Shown piece after piece: positions 31,226 through 41,697 of a stretch of 64,000 nt of DNA. A program made the position numbers and the translations under genes. This DNA comes from an uncultured delta proteobacterium. GTDB lineage: Bacteria > Desulfobacterota > RBG-13-43-22. The DNA is taken from contig CAWJJC010000017.1 in NCBI GenBank assembly GCA_963843145.1, positions 64,001-128,000 on the forward strand, read 5' to 3'. The number at the start of each line of letters is the position of its first letter. Position 1 is the first letter of the stretch. The notes under the pieces are model-generated. The model saw only the letters and a list, made by a program, of their open reading frames with translations. It had not been told where the DNA came from and ran no database searches.

Positions 31226-31886
31226 TTAATCAAGTCCTTCAATCAAGCGGTTAAACAGATCGACGGCGGCCTGATCCATTCCGGCCAGGGCATCCGATTC
31301 CCAGCCCCGCGCCCTGGACCACCCGGTCCCGCTGCTCCAGGGAAACGATATCCCCGGGAGCGTGGGTGTCCGAGTTCAACACCAGTTGGGCCTTATACTC
31401 CTGTGCTAGCCGCACCACATGCCCGTTGGTCAACGAGTGCCCTTTTCGGGAAGTCACTTCCAAGTAGACCCCTTTTTCAGCCGCCAGACGCGCTTCCTCG
31501 GCTGTAATCAGGCCCGGATGGGCCAGGAGATGAACACCGGCCAGGATGGCCGCCCGATTCGTTCCGGGAGGGACCGGTTCTGCGATGGTTTCGCCGTGGA
31601 CTACGATCAGCCTGGCGCCTAAATGCTTGGCGACCGCCGCTAATTCCCCGATCGTTTCCGGAGGCACATGGGTTAATTCGATGCCCGGCAGGACCTGGAT
31701 GATTCGGTAGCGGTTCAGTTCCCGAGCGACCTGGACCAGCCGGGGGACCACGTGGTCCAAATTCGACCGATCGGCGTGGTCGGTGATCGCCCAGTAGCGG
31801 TAACCGCGGACTTCGGCCCGACGCACCAGTTCCGAGGGCAAAAGTGCCCCGTCGCTCATCAGGGAATGGCTGTGTAAATCAATCAT
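31226..31886 (-). CDS. PHP-domain protein (histidinol-phosphatase-like); probable 1-nt indel near 31300
   Basis: DLHSHS, AITDH, GIELTH, VHGET, LAHPG, NSDTH; removing one G gives the tail LESDALAGMDQAAVDLFNRLIEGLD*. Confidence 0.85.
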
Positions 31887-31923
31887 GACATCCTCGCCTT
31901 CTTAAGATGCGGCAATACTGAAA

Positions 31924-32346
31924 TTAATTATTAATATCATGCAGTTTGAATAAAAAATTCAAATAGAGCCTACCCCCGGCCCAGCCTCCGACAGTATCGG
32001 CCAGGACATCGCCCACCGTGGCCCAGCGACCCGGGACAAACCATTGGTGAAATTCATCTCCGACGCCATAAAGCAGACAAAAAAAGGTGACCACCGTCAC
32101 CGAAGATAGACCCCGAAAATCAAAGGCATAGGCCCTGATCACCCGACCGGCCAGGATCCCCAGGACGGTGTACTCCAAAAAGTGATATTGCTTATCCGAG
32201 GGAAAAAACTCCGGGGGCTGGAAAATAAAGCGCGTTTGGGAGGACAAATAGAAGATTACCAGGCAGTAAAGGAATAAAGGAAGAACCGTGGACCACCAGC
32301 GGGGTTTCGGAAGGGTTAAGGGGTTTAAAGGTCCGGCGAAGCGCAT
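31924..32346 (-). CDS. VanZ family membrane protein
   Basis: IFYLSS, DKQYHFLEY, YGVGDEFHQWFVPGR...DVLAD. Confidence 0.88.
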   Translation of the reverse strand: MRFAGPLNPLTLPKPRWWSTVLPLFLYCLVIFYLSSQTRFIFQPPEFFPSDKQYHFLEYTVLGILAGRVIRAYAFDFRGLSSVTVVTFFCLLYGVGDEFHQWFVPGRWATVGDVLADTVGGWAGGRLYLNFLFKLHDINN

Positions 32347-32355
32347 TCACTGAGG

Positions 32356-32853
32356 CTACATTTTATATTTTCCGAAGTCATCCGGATCCAAACCCTCCAG
32401 GACTTCGGTCCATTTTTTCCCATCATCGGAGTGGATTTCCTCTTTCGCCCCCAGATCAACGGCCTTGGATTTTTGAATGACTTCTTCATCGACAAATATA
32501 GGGGCTTGCATACGGAGGGCCAGGGCTATGGCATCACTGGGCCGGGCATCCATGGTGAGCTCTTTGTCCTGGGCTACCAGGTAAAGCAAGGCGTAAAAGG
32601 TATTTTCTCGCAAATCGCAAATTTCGATACGGGCCACCCGGATGTTCAATTGGTCTAAAAGATTTTTCATCAAATCGTGAGTCATGGGCCGGGAGAATTT
32701 TACATTTTCCATCTCGCTGGCAATCGCCGTAGCCTCCAGCAAACCGATCCAGATCGGCAGGGTTTTGTCCCCTTCCAAGTCTTTGAGTATGATGATGGGA
32801 CTATTGGTCATGGGATCGATCGTCAAACCGTACACTTTCATGCGAAGTAACAT
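32356..32853 (-). CDS. bifunctional nuclease family protein (DUF151)
   Basis: LPIWIG..EATAI, RPMTHDL, DARPSDAIALALR. Confidence 0.93.
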   Translation of the reverse strand: MLLRMKVYGLTIDPMTNSPIIILKDLEGDKTLPIWIGLLEATAIASEMENVKFSRPMTHDLMKNLLDQLNIRVARIEICDLRENTFYALLYLVAQDKELTMDARPSDAIALALRMQAPIFVDEEVIQKSKAVDLGAKEEIHSDDGKKWTEVLEGLDPDDFGKYKM

Positions 32854-32872
32854 GGGGCCTCCCCGTAATTCC

Positions 32873-34198
32873 TTATTGAAGCGGAGGGATCATCGTCCCT
32901 TTGAAAGAGTGCGCGTACACCTTATCGATTTTGACCGACAGGGTGGTCCCTATTTTTATTCCAGATAACACCACGTTAACAATTTTATTGGTTCGGGTCC
33001 TCCCCATCCACTGTCCGTCGGACTTCTTACTCGGCCCTTCCATCAGCAGGGTTTGGATCGAGCCCACCAGGGCTTGGTTCCGGTCCAGGGTGATCTTTTT
33101 TTGAATTCCCTGCAATTCCGATAATCTTCGGCTTTTTTCGGCTTCCGGAATTTTGTCCGGAAAATGGCTGGCCCGGGCCGGCGGACGATCCGAATATTTA
33201 AAGGAAAACAAGTCGTCAAACTGTACGGACTGGATTAACTCCAGGGTTTGCTCAAAGTCGGCGGAAGTCTCCCCGGGAAAACCGACCAGGGCATCGGCCG
33301 TAATGGCGATCTCCGGGCACTGGTCCCGGAGAGACGCGATCCGTTCCAGGTAAAGATCCCGGGTGTAACGCCGGTTCATCCTTTTCAGCACCTGGTCGGA
33401 TCCGGACTGAAAGGGAAGATGAATGTGTTCACACAATTTGGATAGACGTCCGAAACAGCGAGTCAAGGCCGGAGATAAGTCCTTGGGATGAGACGTAGTG
33501 AAACGAATACGTTCCAAGCCCTGCACCTCTTCCATCTGTTCTAAAAGCTTTACGAAACCCAGACCTTCTTCCTCGGGCCGGTCGAAGGAGTTTACATTTT
33601 GTCCCAAAAGCAGGACCTCTTTCACTCCCTGCGCTGCCAGGGTGTGTACCTCATGCAGAATCTCCCGGCTGGGTCGACTGACCTCCGGTCCCCGGACATA
33701 GGGGACTACGCAATAAGCGCAATAATTGTTGCACCCCTGCATGATAGTAACCGAAGCCTTGGCCGGTGAGGATCGAAACGTCGAAGAGGACGGCCGGTAA
33801 GCAACCGCCGGATCCATTTCGGTTTGGGAAAGGCGGCAACCTTCTTTTTCCACGGCCTGAACCAACCCGGGCAGCCGGCTGATCCAGCGGGTGCCAAAAA
33901 CCAGATCCAGGTGGGGGATCCTTTCCAGAAGTCTCTCTCCTTCCTGTTGGGCCACACAGCCCCCCATACCGATAATCAGGTCCGGCCGCCTGGTTTTCAG
34001 GCTTTTCAGTCGCCCCAACAGGCTATAGGCTTTTTCCTCGGCTTTTTGCCGAATACTGCAGGTATTGATCAGAATCAAATCGGCATCTTCCGGAAGTTCG
34101 GTGCGCTGGTAATCATGTTCCGCCAAAATTTGGGCCATGAGTTCCGAATCCCGGTCATTCATCTGGCAGCCGAAAGTGGATATGTGAACTTGCTTCAT
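32873..34198 (-). CDS. miaB: tRNA methylthiotransferase MiaB
   Basis: TFGCQMN, NTCSIR..AE, GCVAQ, radical SAM CNNYCAYC, LLGQNVN, TRAM domain. Confidence 0.96.
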   Translation of the reverse strand: MKQVHISTFGCQMNDRDSELMAQILAEHDYQRTELPEDADLILINTCSIRQKAEEKAYSLLGRLKSLKTRRPDLIIGMGGCVAQQEGERLLERIPHLDLVFGTRWISRLPGLVQAVEKEGCRLSQTEMDPAVAYRPSSSTFRSSPAKASVTIMQGCNNYCAYCVVPYVRGPEVSRPSREILHEVHTLAAQGVKEVLLLGQNVNSFDRPEEEGLGFVKLLEQMEEVQGLERIRFTTSHPKDLSPALTRCFGRLSKLCEHIHLPFQSGSDQVLKRMNRRYTRDLYLERIASLRDQCPEIAITADALVGFPGETSADFEQTLELIQSVQFDDLFSFKYSDRPPARASHFPDKIPEAEKSRRLSELQGIQKKITLDRNQALVGSIQTLLMEGPSKKSDGQWMGRTRTNKIVNVVLSGIKIGTTLSVKIDKVYAHSFKGTMIPPLQ

Positions 34199-34363
34199 GA
34201 TTTTTATTCTACCCCGATTGGGGGGAAGAATTCAAGGGACAAAAAAAAGAGTAAAAAAACCTTGACTTGGCAACTTGAAAGGATAGAAGAATAATTGACC
34301 GAATTATTCAACGGGTAAAGTCGGAGAGAAATGCTATTCTCCTAAAGAATAAGAAGAAGGCTG

Positions 34364-35047
34364 ATGATTCCACTTAAAGACGACAGTCCGATTGAGCGTT
34401 TTCCGTTTATCACCTTAGGGATTATTGCCATCAATACCTTGGTCTATGTCTATCAACTCACCTTACCCTCCCTCCATCTGGAATCTTTTATCTTTCGTTA
34501 CGGGGCCATCCCCTATAACCTGACCCACCCCCTGGCCAAGGACCTCCTCTACGTAACCGCCTTGCCGCCCGTCTTCACCATTTTTTCTTCCATGTTTTTG
34601 CATGGCGGGTTCATCCATTTGGCCAGCAATATGCTCTTCCTCTGGATTTTCGGGGATAATATCGAAAACGCTCTCGGCCATCTCCGCTTTGTCTTGTTTT
34701 ATTTAATCTCCGGTTTCTTCGCCGCCCTGTCCCATATCCTTTCGGCCCCTAATGCCACCATCCCCATGATTGGGGCCAGCGGGGCCATTGCCGGCATCCT
34801 GGGGGCTTACCTGATCTTATTCCCCCGGGCGAATGTCTCCACCCTGTTTATTTTCGTGATCATTATTCGAATTATTAAGGTGCCGGCCGTCCTGGTCCTC
34901 GGTTTCTGGTTCCTCATTCAACTTCTGAATGCCGGAACCGAAGGGGGATCGGTGGCCTGGTATGCTCATATCGGGGGGTTTATCACCGGGATTTTTCTGA
35001 TAAAAATCCTTAAACCGGCTCCCGTCCGCCACTATCGACTCCCCTGA
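34364..35047 (+). CDS. rhomboid family intramembrane serine protease
   Basis: MFLHGG..HL..NM, IGASGAIAG, AWYAHIGG. Confidence 0.94.
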   Translation: MIPLKDDSPIERFPFITLGIIAINTLVYVYQLTLPSLHLESFIFRYGAIPYNLTHPLAKDLLYVTALPPVFTIFSSMFLHGGFIHLASNMLFLWIFGDNIENALGHLRFVLFYLISGFFAALSHILSAPNATIPMIGASGAIAGILGAYLILFPRANVSTLFIFVIIIRIIKVPAVLVLGFWFLIQLLNAGTEGGSVAWYAHIGGFITGIFLIKILKPAPVRHYRLP

Positions 35048-35133
35048 TCGATCGCCTATATCTTCTTTTCCGAATCCGATCCGATCTTCACTTTTTTGAA
35101 GTTGCCGCGTCCGTGTCCTCGGCCGATTTCAAT

Positions 35134-35976
35134 TTATCCCCATTTAAGTTTGGTGCGCAGAATTTCAAAATAATTTTTTAGGGGTGATTTTATAAGCGTA
35201 ATTTGCCCTGTTGCCCTTTGGACCTGGACCAGGTCTCCGGGCATCAGAGGATAGCCGATTTGCCCGTCGATCGTCAACCAGACATCCCGGGCCTTGGCCC
35301 CGAGGCGAATGTCGATCACCGAGTTGTCTTGTAGAATAATCGGCCGGTTGGTCAAGGTAAAGGGACAGATGGGCGTAAGGATGATGGTCCGGAGAGCCGG
35401 GTGGAGGATAGGCCCACCGGCCGCCAGGTTATAGGCGGTCGAACCGGTAGGGGTGGCAACGATTAACCCGTCTCCGCGGTAGATGGTTAGAAACTGGTTA
35501 TCAATACTGGTTTCCAGATCGATAATTCGGGCCAACGCACCCTTATTGATGACCATGTCGTTGAGAAAAACGGTGGGTTCCAAAACCTGGTCTTGACGGA
35601 CGATTTGCGCCTTCAACATCATTCGGGTTTCCGTTTGAAAATCGCCCTGGAATATTTTTTCCAGGATGGTGTAGAATTCCTCCAAGGCAATTTCCGTCAA
35701 AAAACCCAGCCCCCCCAGATTGACCCCCAGGATGGGTGTTCCCTGGCCGCCGTAAAGACGGGCGGCCTTCAACAACGTTCCATCCCCCCCCAGGACTAAG
35801 ATGAGGTCTGCCGGTCCATTCGTTGGGTTCCACTCGCTGCCGGGATCTTGCTCCTCTTCCCAAAAAACAGAAAGACCCATTTCCCGGGTCAAGCGATCTT
35901 TGATGATCCGGGCCTCCCGATGGGCCATTAAATTATTCTTAACTACCAACTGAATTAATCGAGGTTTAGTCTCCAT
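35134..35976 (-). CDS. nadK: NAD kinase
   Basis: LGGDGT, GVNLGGLGFL, LND, GDGLIVATPTGSTAY. Confidence 0.95.
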   Translation of the reverse strand: METKPRLIQLVVKNNLMAHREARIIKDRLTREMGLSVFWEEEQDPGSEWNPTNGPADLILVLGGDGTLLKAARLYGGQGTPILGVNLGGLGFLTEIALEEFYTILEKIFQGDFQTETRMMLKAQIVRQDQVLEPTVFLNDMVINKGALARIIDLETSIDNQFLTIYRGDGLIVATPTGSTAYNLAAGGPILHPALRTIILTPICPFTLTNRPIILQDNSVIDIRLGAKARDVWLTIDGQIGYPLMPGDLVQVQRATGQITLIKSPLKNYFEILRTKLKWG

Positions 35977-37345
35977 TATCCAACTTTATGCCGTAGGCCT
36001 TAATTTTTTTGTGCAGGTGGCTACGTTCTATCCCCAAGGCCTCGGCGGTTTGGGTGATATTTCCCTGGTGTTCCTGCAGTTTCCGGACAATAAATTCTTT
36101 TTCAAAGCGGATCTTGGCTTCCTTGAAATCCTTTTCCTGCAAGAAGGCCGGACCGGCGGCGCCCGGGGTATCCGTCTCGAGCTTCTTGGTTAGATGGCCC
36201 GGCAGGTCATCGGCCGCGATGATCGCTCCGGGGGTCATTATGACCAACCGTTCGATCAGGTTTTTCAACTCCCGCACATTACCGGGCCATTCGTACTCCC
36301 TCAATAAATCATAAGAACGCGGATCCAGGTTTTTCTTATCCGTTCCGGTCTTAAGGGCGTATTCTTTCAGAAATTCTTCGATCAAATCGGGCAAGTCCTC
36401 TTTTCGCTCTCGCAGCGGCGGCACTTCCAAAGGGATGACATTGAGGCGGTAATAGAGGTCCTCCCGAAAATTCCCCAGGCTGATTTCCTGCTCCAGGTCT
36501 TTGTTGGTGGCGGCAATCACGCGGACATCCACGACGATTGTTTTCCCGCCGCCGACTCTTTCAAATTTTTGCTCTTGAAGGATACGAAGAATTTTGGCCT
36601 GGGTTTTCAGACTCATATCTCCGATTTCATCCAAAAACAAGGTGCCTTCGTGAGAAAGATCAAATTTACCTTTTTTTTGGTTGGTGGCGCCGGTAAAGGC
36701 CCCCCGCTCGTGACCGAACAATTCGCTTTCAATCAACTCCTCAGGAATAGCGGCGCAGTTGACCTCCACAAAGGGTTTGTTCTTCCGTTTGCTCAATCGG
36801 TGAATGGTATGGGCCACGATCTCTTTCCCGGTGCCGTTTTCTCCCCGGATGAGGATCCAGGCGCTGGTGGGGGCCACGATGTCAATCTGTTGTTTCAGCT
36901 TTTGGACGGGTTCGCTGTGACCGGTCAGTTGATGACGCGCCTCCTCTTTCTGCCGGAAGAAAAGGGTTTCCTCCTCCAGGAGGCGGTAGTCCAGGGCCTT
37001 ACGGATGGCGACCGTGATCCGCTCCAGGGAGAGCGGTTTTTCAATAAAATCATGGGCACCTAGTTTCGTGGCCTTGACCGCCGTTTCAATGGTGCCGTGA
37101 GCGGACATCATGATGACCGGCAACTGGGGATGGGTCGTCTTGATCCACTGAAGCACCTCGATTCCATCGAGTCCGGGCATTTTGATGTCCAGCAACACCA
37201 GGTCCGGATTCTCCTCCTCTGCTTTTTTAAGGGCCTCGTGCCCGTCACGAGCGCAGATCACCTCATAGCCTTCGTCCAGCAGGATCTGCTGGACCGACTT
37301 CAGGATTTCCGGTTCGTCGTCTACTACTAAAACCAGTTTGGGCAA
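35966..37345 (-). CDS. sigma54-dependent response regulator, NtrX-like
   Basis: REC domain, GENGTGKE, ESELFGHERGAFTGA, LFLDEIGDM, WPGNVREL, Fis HTH; TTG start at 37345 after GGGGAG (ORF track extends to 37384). Confidence 0.93.
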   Translation of the reverse strand: MPKLVLVVDDEPEILKSVQQILLDEGYEVICARDGHEALKKAEEENPDLVLLDIKMPGLDGIEVLQWIKTTHPQLPVIMMSAHGTIETAVKATKLGAHDFIEKPLSLERITVAIRKALDYRLLEEETLFFRQKEEARHQLTGHSEPVQKLKQQIDIVAPTSAWILIRGENGTGKEIVAHTIHRLSKRKNKPFVEVNCAAIPEELIESELFGHERGAFTGATNQKKGKFDLSHEGTLFLDEIGDMSLKTQAKILRILQEQKFERVGGGKTIVVDVRVIAATNKDLEQEISLGNFREDLYYRLNVIPLEVPPLRERKEDLPDLIEEFLKEYALKTGTDKKNLDPRSYDLLREYEWPGNVRELKNLIERLVIMTPGAIIAADDLPGHLTKKLETDTPGAAGPAFLQEKDFKEAKIRFEKEFIVRKLQEHQGNITQTAEALGIERSHLHKKIKAYGIKLDNGD

Positions 37346-37435
37346 GGAGCTCCCCGATAAAACAGAATCCCGGCTGACCGGCAAAGATCTGCAGTCTTTT
37401 TTATCACGGATATAACCGGGTGAAAAGAGATTTTC

Positions 37436-39682
37436 TTAAACCTCCAAAGGCAGTTCAATAGTAAAAATCGTCCCCTGGGGTTCGTTGTTTCTGACCCGGA
37501 TATGGCCCCGGTGATCGGAGATGATGGAACTGGCTATGGTCAACCCCAACCCGGTGCCTTCTTTCTTGGTGGAGAAATAGGGCTCAAACAGCCGGTCCTT
37601 ATCTTGTGGAGGGATGCCCTTTCCGGTATCCGACACTTCGATAAGGGCCATTTTAAGCAGGGGATCATAGCCGGTTTTTATCGCGATCTCTCCCTGGCCC
37701 TCAATGGCCGCCACGGCGTTATCGAAGAGGTTAATCATCACCCGTTTGATTTGTTCTCGATCCAACATAAAAGAAGGCACCTGGGTATCGGGGTCAAAGG
37801 AAAACCGGATGTGCTTGTGGCTTTCCTGGTAAAGAACCAGGACTTCCGGAATCAGGGTGTTCAGGTCATTTTGGCTTAAGGTAACCGCCGGCAGTCGGGC
37901 AAAGACAAAAAATTCATTGACCAGTCGGGTCAGTTCGTCCACCTGGTTGATAATGGTCTGGGTGCAATCATCAAAAATATCACGGCCACTCGGCAATTGG
38001 TCCAAATATTTTTTCCGCAACCGTTGGGCCGACAGCTTGATAGGCGTCAAGGGGTTTTTGATCTCGTGGGCCAGTCGCCGGGCCACTTCTCGCCAAGCCG
38101 AAACCTTTTGGATCTTTTCGATCTCGGTGAGATCATCGAAGACGATAACCAGCCCCAGGTATTTCCCCTCTTCGTCCCGTAACATGGTTATTTTTACCAG
38201 CAGGGTTAAGGTCCGATCCCGCAAAGGGACTTGTAGTGATCGCTCCAGCGTTCCTTTCTTGAGCCCGTCCAGATTGGCGACTACGTCCTGCACCAGGGCG
38301 AAATGTTCCGGCCGGAGCACCTCTCGATAAGGCCGTCCCAGGACTTTTTCGGTTTTGATATTGAGCATTTCCTTGGCGGAGGTATTGATGATGCTGATCC
38401 GGCCCACAACGTCCACCGAAATGACTCCGGCCCCGATATTGGCCAAAATGGTTTCCATGTACCTCCGCCGCTGGTTGATTTCCTCATAGCTTTTTCGGAG
38501 TTCCTCATTGATTCTTTCCAGTTCGGTCTGACCCTCCTTCAGGTCGGCCGTCATTTGATTAAAAGATCGGACTAACAGCCCGAATTCATCCTTGGCGTCC
38601 AGGTCGATAGTAAAATTATAGTCCCCCTGAGCGACTCGGAAGGTGCCCTCGGCCAGCCGTTGAATGGGAATAGTAATCCCCTTGGCCAAATAAAAACCAA
38701 ACCAGGTGGCCGAAAAAATAATCAGCAGGGTGACAATCGAGAGAATGATTAAATAGGTAAATTTGATGGGATTCTTCAATAACTGCATCTGGCGGTAGCC
38801 TTCCAGACCGCTCGAGATGGCGTCCATTTTTCGCATCAGGGTTTTGGGAAAATAGGATACCGCCACCAGGGTGGCTGCCGCTGCTTTGGTTTGCGATTTG
38901 TCCCAAACCGGGACTCCGGCAATAAAGAAGTCCCCTTCCGATGTTGATTGGATGTCGGTAATTCCGGAGGGCTGGAAACCCTTTTGGATAAAGGAGAGGG
39001 ACGGGGCGTTGAAAAATTCAAGAAAGGCTTCCGGTCGGGCAACCTGGAAACGTCGCTCCATGTTCGGCAGGTAAAGGGCCACCCAGGACAACCCATATTC
39101 CTGGAGCTTGTCCTGCAGTAATTTCTGAACCTCCAGGGAGTTGGCGGGGCTTAAGGCGCCCGGCTGCGCCAAGTCCTGGGAAATCTGTTGAGCATAAGTC
39201 CGGGTTCCCCTCTGGGAGGATTGGTAATAGGCCTTGCCCACGTCCAAAGAATCTTCGAGAGACCTTTCCAGATGAATAGTGAACCAGTAATCCATTCCGG
39301 TGGTCATAAATTCGTAGGCGATAACAAAAAGCACTATGGTGGGAATCAGGGAAAGGGTGACAAAACCCAAGACCAGTTTGGTACGTATTTTGGAACCCAG
39401 TATTTTACGCTTTCGTTCCAGGAACAGTTTGGAAAGATTCCGGACGACTAAGAAGATCAACAACAGCAGGAGGATGATATTAATATTGATGAGGGCGAAG
39501 AGAATCACCCGCTGGGTCGTGGAAAAGGGAATTTCGGTGCGGAGGATCTTGGTTTCCCAGAAAGTTATGGCAATGACCACCACCGAGGTAATGACGATGA
39601 TGATCCGTTCTCTTTTTCGGCGGCGGTGTTCCTTTTCCTCCTCCGGGAAAACCGTTTTCAATCCTTTGGGGTGCTGAGCCAT
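37436..39682 (-). CDS. NtrY-like sensor histidine kinase (TM-HAMP-PAS-HisKA-HATPase)
   Basis: AWREVARRLAHEIKNPLTPIKLSAQRL, NLFDNA, DTGKGI, FEPYFSTK..GTGLGL. Confidence 0.93.
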   Translation of the reverse strand: MAQHPKGLKTVFPEEEKEHRRRKRERIIIVITSVVVIAITFWETKILRTEIPFSTTQRVILFALININIILLLLLIFLVVRNLSKLFLERKRKILGSKIRTKLVLGFVTLSLIPTIVLFVIAYEFMTTGMDYWFTIHLERSLEDSLDVGKAYYQSSQRGTRTYAQQISQDLAQPGALSPANSLEVQKLLQDKLQEYGLSWVALYLPNMERRFQVARPEAFLEFFNAPSLSFIQKGFQPSGITDIQSTSEGDFFIAGVPVWDKSQTKAAAATLVAVSYFPKTLMRKMDAISSGLEGYRQMQLLKNPIKFTYLIILSIVTLLIIFSATWFGFYLAKGITIPIQRLAEGTFRVAQGDYNFTIDLDAKDEFGLLVRSFNQMTADLKEGQTELERINEELRKSYEEINQRRRYMETILANIGAGVISVDVVGRISIINTSAKEMLNIKTEKVLGRPYREVLRPEHFALVQDVVANLDGLKKGTLERSLQVPLRDRTLTLLVKITMLRDEEGKYLGLVIVFDDLTEIEKIQKVSAWREVARRLAHEIKNPLTPIKLSAQRLRKKYLDQLPSGRDIFDDCTQTIINQVDELTRLVNEFFVFARLPAVTLSQNDLNTLIPEVLVLYQESHKHIRFSFDPDTQVPSFMLDREQIKRVMINLFDNAVAAIEGQGEIAIKTGYDPLLKMALIEVSDTGKGIPPQDKDRLFEPYFSTKKEGTGLGLTIASSIISDHRGHIRVRNNEPQGTIFTIELPLEV

Positions 39683-39710
39683 AGGCGGGCAGCAATAATA
39701 AAAGCCGGGG

Positions 39711-39816
39711 GCAATTGCTTAGTCCCTCGATTCATAAATCCGATAACGTATCTATTCACTCGGGACTAAGTGTTTCCCTCGGCCATGAGCTCGGGCCGAA
39801 TGGAGTGAGCAATTGC
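39711..39816. repeat. structured intergenic palindromic element with CTCGGCC..GAGCTC..GGCCGAA module
   Basis: gcaattgct...agcaattgc outer ends; cttagtccc/gggactaag stem; module related to the heptamer-repeat inserts. Confidence 0.5.
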
Positions 39817-39866
39817 GCTGGTTAGACTCATAAAACATAGGTTATCCTATTTGCGAATCGAAACAC

Positions 39867-40454
39867 TTAGTAGTTGAATTCCACCACATACCAATCGGTT
39901 TCAAAATCCCACAAGGAGACAAAAAAGAGGATGTAGTGCAGATAAAGAGGCAGGGTGACCTTATTCAATTCCGCTTTTATCCGCAGTTGGTATTTATTGT
40001 TTCTTTCCAACTGCTTCAGGGGAATCAGTTGGATATTACTGACATCGGCCATTATCTCCTGGGCCTTGGAGAATTCCTTGACAATAAAGGTCTGGTTTCC
40101 CCGTTCACTCAGCGTGAGGTTAAATTCCTCCCTCAGGGAATCGTATTTGATGGTGTGATGAAGTTTAACGGCGGATAATTTCTTGTTGGGCCAAAAATTA
40201 CGCGGTTGGTAGATCTCTATAAAAAAGGTAAAGGTGGTGGGAATGCCGCTCATGATTGCCTTGTTCATTTCCGGCGTAAAACACCCCTTCGTATTAAAGT
40301 AGACCAGCAACTCATCTCGGTTATTGGTTACAATAATATCGGCAATCTGGGCCTGTTTACCCCAGAGCATCGAGGTCAGGGAGAAAACCAGGACCAGACT
40401 GATCACCCCTAAGAAACAGGAATATTTTGATATTTTTAAAAAAATCCCACTCAT
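39867..40454 (-). CDS. DUF4390-like periplasmic protein
   Basis: Signal peptide; SGIPTTFTF, IKYDSL, WDFETDWY; typical position upstream of ntrY-like kinase. Confidence 0.75.
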   Translation of the reverse strand: MSGIFLKISKYSCFLGVISLVLVFSLTSMLWGKQAQIADIIVTNNRDELLVYFNTKGCFTPEMNKAIMSGIPTTFTFFIEIYQPRNFWPNKKLSAVKLHHTIKYDSLREEFNLTLSERGNQTFIVKEFSKAQEIMADVSNIQLIPLKQLERNNKYQLRIKAELNKVTLPLYLHYILFFVSLWDFETDWYVVEFNY

Positions 40455-40576
40455 AGCCGCATCTTATCAGAATATCGAAAAAAAGCAAGAAGACAGCGGG
40501 AATTTTATTGACTGAATTTAAATTTTAGCGGGGGATAAGGAAATAAAGGAAATAGGGGAGTAGGCTAAGGGATCGG

Positions 40577-41464
40577 TTACCACTGCTTAGGCGGGTTCGT
40601 TCCGTTGACAGGGGTGACAATTTGGTAATTTGCGGGGTCGGAAAGCAGCGTCTGGACCAGATTTCGATGAAGAGTATGCCCGGATTTATGGGCGACGACA
40701 TGGCCCCTGATCGGCATACCGATCAGAGATAAATCACCGATCAGGTCCAAGATCTTATGACGAACAAATTCATCTCGGAACCGCAGCCCTTTCTCGTTCA
40801 GGACTCCGGAACGATCGATCACGATGGCATTTTCCAAAGAACCGCCCTGAGCAAAACCACTCCTTTTGAGGCTTTCCACTTCTTCCAGAAACCCAAAAGT
40901 GCGGGCCCAACCGATCTCCTGAACAAACGATTTATCCTCGACCGCGACCGTAAGCGATTGGTTCTGCAGGAGAGGGTGATCGTAGTCGATGGTACATGAT
41001 ATCCTGAATTCATCCGCCGGGAGCAAAGTGACTTTACTCCCGTTTTCCCGGACCTCTATCGGTCGTTTAACTACCAGATATTTTTTTGTTTCCTCTTGTT
41101 TTTTCAGGCCGGCTTCATGAAGCAAACGGATGAAAGGACCGGAACTCCCGTCCATAATCGGCACCTCCGATGAATCCAGTTCAATGGAGGCATTGTCGAT
41201 GCCTAATCCGGATAAGGCCGCTAACAGGTGTTCCACGGTGGAAATTCGATACCCGTTGTAACCGATGGAAGTAGCCAATTGGGTGGCCACCACCTGGGTA
41301 TTTTTGGCTTCAATAACCGGGGAATTGGGAAGATCCACCCGGACAAAGCGGATGCCTGAATCCGGTTCAGCCGGCTTTAAGGTGAGGTTGACATTCTTCC
41401 CGTTATGAAGACCTATTCCGGCGCACCCGGCTTCTCGATTAATCGTACGTTGATGGATTACCAT
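40577..41464 (-). CDS. lpxC: UDP-3-O-acyl-GlcNAc deacetylase
   Basis: QRTI, GIGLH.G, TVEHLLAAL, EVPIMDGSS, ARTFGF, HKILDLIGDL, SGH. Confidence 0.97.
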   Translation of the reverse strand: MVIHQRTINREAGCAGIGLHNGKNVNLTLKPAEPDSGIRFVRVDLPNSPVIEAKNTQVVATQLATSIGYNGYRISTVEHLLAALSGLGIDNASIELDSSEVPIMDGSSGPFIRLLHEAGLKKQEETKKYLVVKRPIEVRENGSKVTLLPADEFRISCTIDYDHPLLQNQSLTVAVEDKSFVQEIGWARTFGFLEEVESLKRSGFAQGGSLENAIVIDRSGVLNEKGLRFRDEFVRHKILDLIGDLSLIGMPIRGHVVAHKSGHTLHRNLVQTLLSDPANYQIVTPVNGTNPPKQW

Positions 41465-41479
41465 GACGGAAGATACATA

Positions 41480-41496
41480 TGCAATCGAGGTGCCAA
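41480..41496 (-). promoter_or_regulatory. sigma54 (-24/-12) promoter of lpxC
   Basis: TTGGCAC-CTCGA-TTGCA on the minus strand, a consensus match. Confidence 0.8.
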
Positions 41497-41589
41497 TAAA
41501 TCCATTTGGGCCTCATCTAAATAACTTAATGATTTAACTAAATTTTATCATCAAGAGCCTGGATGCCTGCGGTAGAACTTTCTGTGGAC

Positions 41590-41607
41590 TGTGTTAAATA
41601 AAACACA
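41590..41607. promoter_or_regulatory. candidate enhancer (bEBP) site
   Basis: Palindrome TGTGTT-N6-AACACA ~100 bp upstream of the sigma54 promoter, with an IHF-like AATCATTAAGTTA (41522-41534) between. Confidence 0.5.
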
Positions 41608-41697
41608 CCTTAATGGATAATAAACGAAAAGACAAGGAGAATGTTGGGCGCATTTACCGTTTGACTATTGGCCCTGACTTGGATAAAAGAAACCCTT

